Both the position numbers and the translations under genes were made by a program. Below are positions 37,387-41,064 of a stretch of DNA of 41,064 nucleotides, piece after piece. The DNA lies in NCBI GenBank assembly GCA_964621435.1, contig CAZUMV010000004.1:1-41064 (forward strand), written 5' to 3'. Each line of letters opens with the position of its first letter. Within the stretch, counting starts at the first letter, position 1. The notes beneath the pieces were generated by a model. That model saw only the letters and a list, made by a program, of their open reading frames with translations, was not told where the DNA came from and did no database searches. This stretch comes from an uncultured Thiotrichales bacterium. GTDB taxonomy: Bacteria > Pseudomonadota > Gammaproteobacteria > CAZUMV01.

Positions 37387-38718
37387 TCAGGCCTTTACGA
37401 ACAGCGCCATAGATTCAACATGCGTGGTATGTGGAAACATATCCATGGCACCAGCAGCTTCCAGACGGTAACCAAATTGATTAACGAGGATGTCAGTATC
37501 TCGTGCAAGCGTGCCAGGATGACAGGAAACATAAACGATTCTTTCGATGCCACGCCCGCCGATCAGTTCCAATATTTCTCGTGCACCGCTTCGAGGCGGA
37601 TCTAAAAGCACACGATCAAAATCCTGTTTAAACCAAGATCCCTGTTGTGCCTCCTCAAACAAGTCTGCAACATGAAATTGTACGTTGCCAAGCTGATTAT
37701 TATTGGCATTCGTCCTGGCCATCTCGACCATAGCCAGGTCACCTTCAACACCAACAACGGTAGCTCCGGAACGCGCTATTGGTAACGTGAAATTGCCAAG
37801 ACCACAAAACAAATCAAGCACACGATGTTGCTTCTCCAGCTCTAACAACTCAATCGCCTGCTTTACCATTAAACGGTTGATCGCAAAATTGACCTGGAAA
37901 AAATCCAAAGGTCGCATACTAATCGTTACATCGTAATCTTCATGCACATACTCAAGCGCTCGCGCGTTAGGCGATAACAGAGTAACCGTGTCCGGACCCC
38001 CCGATTGCAAATAGATTTGATATTCATGTCGCTCGCCAAAAGCAATGAGCTCCTGTTTATCTTGCGCGGTAAGCTCGCGTAGATTGCGAAACACTAACGC
38101 GGTCACGTCACTTAAAACGGCGACCTCTATTTGCGCAATCGCATCGAACACGGATAAGCCACGAATCACGCGCGCCAAACCGTTAAAGTTATGCCCAACC
38201 CTGGGATGCACTACTTCGCACTGCTCAAGCTCGGCTAGAAAACTGTTTCTTTTCTCTCTAAACCCAACTAGAACTTTTTCCTTCTTATTGACGAACTTGA
38301 CCCCCAAGCGCGCTTTCCGCCGGTAGCCCCAGGCGGAATCCCCAACCAAGCTCGGTAACACACGGTGTGGCTCGGTTTTACCGACGTATTTCAAACCATC
38401 TAACAAGGATTTTTCTTTATGCGCAATTTGCACCGTGGAATCCAGATGCTGCAAGCTACAGCCACCACATAAATCGAAATGCGCACAACCAGGGTCGACT
38501 CTATTTGGGGAAGCCTCTAGTACTCGAGCAACCCGCGCCTCATCATGTTTCTTTCGGCTTGCGGAATATTCGATTTCCACGACTTCACCTGGCAATGCAC
38601 CGTCAATAAACACAGTCTTACCGTCAACATGGGCGACGCCACGCCCATCATGACTTAGAGATTCGATAGTAACGGTGGTATTTTCCGGGAGCGGTTTTCG
38701 CCGCCGTCTTCTGGCCAA
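37387..38718 (-). CDS. rlmD: 23S rRNA (uracil-1939-C5)-methyltransferase
   Basis: TRAM domain, Fe-S motif CAHFDLCGGC, FFQVN, DLFCGLGNF, LDPPRSG, YVSCHPGTLARD, DMFPHTTHVES. Confidence 0.93.
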   Translation of the reverse strand: MARRRRRKPLPENTTVTIESLSHDGRGVAHVDGKTVFIDGALPGEVVEIEYSASRKKHDEARVARVLEASPNRVDPGCAHFDLCGGCSLQHLDSTVQIAHKEKSLLDGLKYVGKTEPHRVLPSLVGDSAWGYRRKARLGVKFVNKKEKVLVGFREKRNSFLAELEQCEVVHPRVGHNFNGLARVIRGLSVFDAIAQIEVAVLSDVTALVFRNLRELTAQDKQELIAFGERHEYQIYLQSGGPDTVTLLSPNARALEYVHEDYDVTISMRPLDFFQVNFAINRLMVKQAIELLELEKQHRVLDLFCGLGNFTLPIARSGATVVGVEGDLAMVEMARTNANNNQLGNVQFHVADLFEEAQQGSWFKQDFDRVLLDPPRSGAREILELIGGRGIERIVYVSCHPGTLARDTDILVNQFGYRLEAAGAMDMFPHTTHVESMALFVKA

Positions 38719-38727
38719 GATAAATGC

Positions 38728-39528
38728 CTAGTCGACTGTGTCTTGAACACTCTGATCAAGATCAGGCGCCCAAGCTTCCGCGAATTCGGAGAGGTGCTGT
38801 TTTTCAGAAGCAAGCAACACATCTAGTAGTTGCGTACATCGTTCGTTAAATTCCCGATGATTAATTTCCCCACGCATAAGTTCGAAACGCAAATAAACCA
38901 GATAGGTATTCAATACGTCATGCTCACAATAATCTCGAATATCTTTTAACTTTCCATGCAAGAATGCATCCCAAACTTTGCTCCCATCCATGCCCATCTT
39001 TCCAGGAAAATCCAGCATGGTCGCAACCATATCCAAAGGCGCGTTAGCGCGCGGCTGAAAACCCGCCAAAACATCCATGAGATCAAGGTGGCGCCAGTGA
39101 TAACGACTTAGATAATTGTCCCATTTAAAAGATTGGTCATTATTACCCCTTTCCCAATAGCGTGGCGCCTGAATACCGAGTTTCAGTGCGCGATAATGCA
39201 ATACCGGTAAATCAAAGCCCCCGCCATTCCAACTAACAATAGTTGGCAATTTATCCAGAGCATTAAAAAACAACTGAATAATATCGCCTTCACTGGCAGA
39301 CTCATCGCCAAGGGTTTTTACCGAAACACCGTTCGCGCTTTCCCAAACTGCAGAAATGGCCACTACTTGATGCAGCGGGTGTTGCAAAAAATCCCGACCG
39401 GTTTGTTGTTGACGCTTCGCGAACATTGCTTTGGCGACGCCGTCATCATCCAAACCATCCAGATCATACAAGCGACGTCCGGCCGCAACATCAGGCACGG
39501 TTTCAATATCGAAGACCATAACACTCAA
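38728..39528 (-). CDS. Predicted DEDD 3'-5' exonuclease related to the PolB exonuclease domain
   Basis: ExoI FDIETVPD, ExoII SWNGGGFDLPVL, HLDLMD, ExoIII YCEHDV. The TTG start overlaps the cysM stop. Confidence 0.85.
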   Translation of the reverse strand: MSVMVFDIETVPDVAAGRRLYDLDGLDDDGVAKAMFAKRQQQTGRDFLQHPLHQVVAISAVWESANGVSVKTLGDESASEGDIIQLFFNALDKLPTIVSWNGGGFDLPVLHYRALKLGIQAPRYWERGNNDQSFKWDNYLSRYHWRHLDLMDVLAGFQPRANAPLDMVATMLDFPGKMGMDGSKVWDAFLHGKLKDIRDYCEHDVLNTYLVYLRFELMRGEINHREFNERCTQLLDVLLASEKQHLSEFAEAWAPDLDQSVQDTVD

Positions 39529-40412
39529 ACTGGAAACACCCCCGTAGAAATATAGCGATCACCACGATCACAGATAATACAAACAATTACCGAATCGGTT
39601 ACGCGCTCGGCCAGATGCATTGCCGCGGCTACTGAACCACCTGAAGATACGCCACAGAAGATCCCCTCTTCGACCGCCAGACGACGCATCATCACCTCGG
39701 ATTCCTGCTGATTGACATCGATAATTTCGTCCACTCGATGCTCCTCATAAATCTTTGGCAAATATTCTTCAGGCCATCTTCGGATACCTGGTATCTGTGA
39801 ATCCTCGTCAGGCTGCACACCGACGATATTAACGTTTTGATTCTGCTCTTTTAGAAATCTCGAAACACCCATTATTGTTCCGGTAGTTCCCATAGAACTA
39901 ACGAAGTGCGTAATGCCGCCATCAGTATCTCGCCAGATTTCGGGGCCGGTACCCTCATAATGAGCCAATGGGTTGTCAAAATTAGCAAACTGGTCAAGCA
40001 CAACGCCTTTACCCTGATCCTGCATCAATAAAGCCAAATCTCGCGCACCTTCCATACCTTCATCACTGGATACCAATATAAGCTCAGCTCCGTATGCCGC
40101 CATACTTGCACGTCTTTCAACGCTCATATTATCCGGCATTATGAGAATCAATTTGTACCCAAGCATGGCAGCGACCATCGCCAGTGCGATACCGGTATTT
40201 CCGCTGGTTGCCTCAATCAAGATGTCACCAGGTTTTATATGACCCTTGTCCTGGGCTCTTTTGATCATAGACAAAGCCGGCCTATCCTTTACCGAGCCCG
40301 CCGGGTTTTGCCCCTCGAGCTTTCCGAGCACTACATTTGAGGTTTTGTTAATTCGCTGCAATTCCACCAACGGTGTATTGCCAATCACTGCATCTACTTT
40401 TTTATAGCTCAT
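39525..40412 (-). CDS. cysM: Cysteine synthase B
   Basis: KLEGQNPAGSVKDRPA (PLP lysine), EATSGNTG, SSMGTTGT, IPGIRRWPEEYLPKI, CDRGDRY. Confidence 0.95.
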   Translation of the reverse strand: MSYKKVDAVIGNTPLVELQRINKTSNVVLGKLEGQNPAGSVKDRPALSMIKRAQDKGHIKPGDILIEATSGNTGIALAMVAAMLGYKLILIMPDNMSVERRASMAAYGAELILVSSDEGMEGARDLALLMQDQGKGVVLDQFANFDNPLAHYEGTGPEIWRDTDGGITHFVSSMGTTGTIMGVSRFLKEQNQNVNIVGVQPDEDSQIPGIRRWPEEYLPKIYEEHRVDEIIDVNQQESEVMMRRLAVEEGIFCGVSSGGSVAAAMHLAERVTDSVIVCIICDRGDRYISTGVFPV

Positions 40413-40415
40413 ATT

Positions 40416-40796
40416 TCACTTTTCGAGTATTACGTTTGCGACGGCATAGCGCTTTTCATCCGAGATACTCAAATGTAATTTTTGCACGCCAACCTCTAGA
40501 ATAATTTGACTAGCCACCCCTTCTACTAACAGCTTCGGGCGACCGCTGCTTTCATGTTGTATTTCAAAATCTTGAAAAGACACACCTTTACTAAAGCCGG
40601 TGCCGAGCGCCTTTGCGGCCGCTTCTTTGGCTGCAAAACGTTTGGCCAAAAACAAGACCGGTTCGGACTGCTGCTTGAGTTCGATGAGTTCGGATTCTGT
40701 TAATATTCGTTCCGGAAATCTATTCGGAAACTTTTTGAACAAGTCGTCCACTCTCGACATTTGTACAATATCCACCCCAACGCCAAAAATCGCCAT
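40416..40796 (-). CDS. acpS: Holo-ACP synthase
   Basis: GVGVDIV, AKRFAAKEAAAKALGTG, SGRP, HLSISDE; follows pdxJ. Confidence 0.95.
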   Translation of the reverse strand: MAIFGVGVDIVQMSRVDDLFKKFPNRFPERILTESELIELKQQSEPVLFLAKRFAAKEAAAKALGTGFSKGVSFQDFEIQHESSGRPKLLVEGVASQIILEVGVQKLHLSISDEKRYAVANVILEK

Positions 40797-40801
40797 TATT
40801 A

Positions 40802-41064
40802 CTACCTTAAAAGTGCTCGCATTTCCGCCACTGCCCGTTCAAAACCAACCATCAAGGCTCGGGCGACAATGGAGTGTCCGATATTCAATTCATATAAATA
40901 CGGCAGCCTCGAAACAGCTATGACGTTTTCATACTCCAAACCATGACCGGCATTAACTAACATACCTAACTCATGTGCTGTTTCGGCCGCTAAAAACAGT
41001 CTATCAAGTTCTTCCTGTTGCTTTGCACCTGATAATTCTGCATATTTTCCTGTGTGTAATTCTA
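40802..41064 (-). CDS. pdxJ: Pyridoxine 5'-phosphate synthase, C-terminal part (5' truncated by window edge; absent from the ORF track)
   Basis: Manual translation gives ELHTGKYA...[12 protein letters not shown]...[29 protein letters not shown]. The TAG stop is at 40802-40804. Confidence 0.93.
   Translation of the reverse strand, partial: ELHTGKYAELSGAKQQEELDRLFLAAETAHELGMLVNAGHGLEYENVIAVSRLPYLYELNIGHSIVARALMVGFERAVAEMRALLR

Noticed and set aside
1-41064. CRISPR arrays, tRNA/rRNA, transposases, prophage or defence genes
   Set aside because: Intergenic gaps are short, with no regularly spaced direct repeats or tRNA-like motifs. Every long ORF is accounted for by other families.

Overview
A compact, gene-dense chromosomal window, most likely from a non-enteric Gammaproteobacterium (judged from gene content and synteny). 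The right half (about 18.5-41 kb) is conserved housekeeping. On the minus strand it carries rpsB-tsf-pyrH-frr-uppS-cdsA-dxr-rseP-bamA-skp-lpxD-fabZ-lpxA with the t44/rpsB leader RNA. Divergent from rpsB is map-glnD-dapD-yffB-dapE, followed by pdxJ(partial)-acpS-cysM-3'-5' exonuclease-rlmD on the minus strand. The left half is more accessory. On the plus strand are a partial TetR regulator, the fused B12-dependent isobutyryl-CoA mutase icmF, a DUF1289 protein and a REC-GGDEF cyclase. On the minus strand is a 13.4-kb co-oriented run: oppABCDF, a 1530-aa lipoprotein (9 Ig-like repeats, a lamin-tail domain and a metzincin protease), a small Cys-rich protein, a lipoprotein amidohydrolase and an M14 carboxypeptidase. 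The most notable observations are: (1) this run may be a surface-protein foraging locus; (2) an 80-aa Cys-rich module is inserted in-frame in Ig repeat 6; (3) ribosomal protein S2 is fused through a long linker to a helix-hairpin-helix domain; (4) OppA looks lipid-anchored with Asp at +2; (5) a three-gene operon is predicted to be leaderless. I found no CRISPR array, tRNA, rRNA or mobile element. All calls come from reading motifs by eye; no database searches were run.
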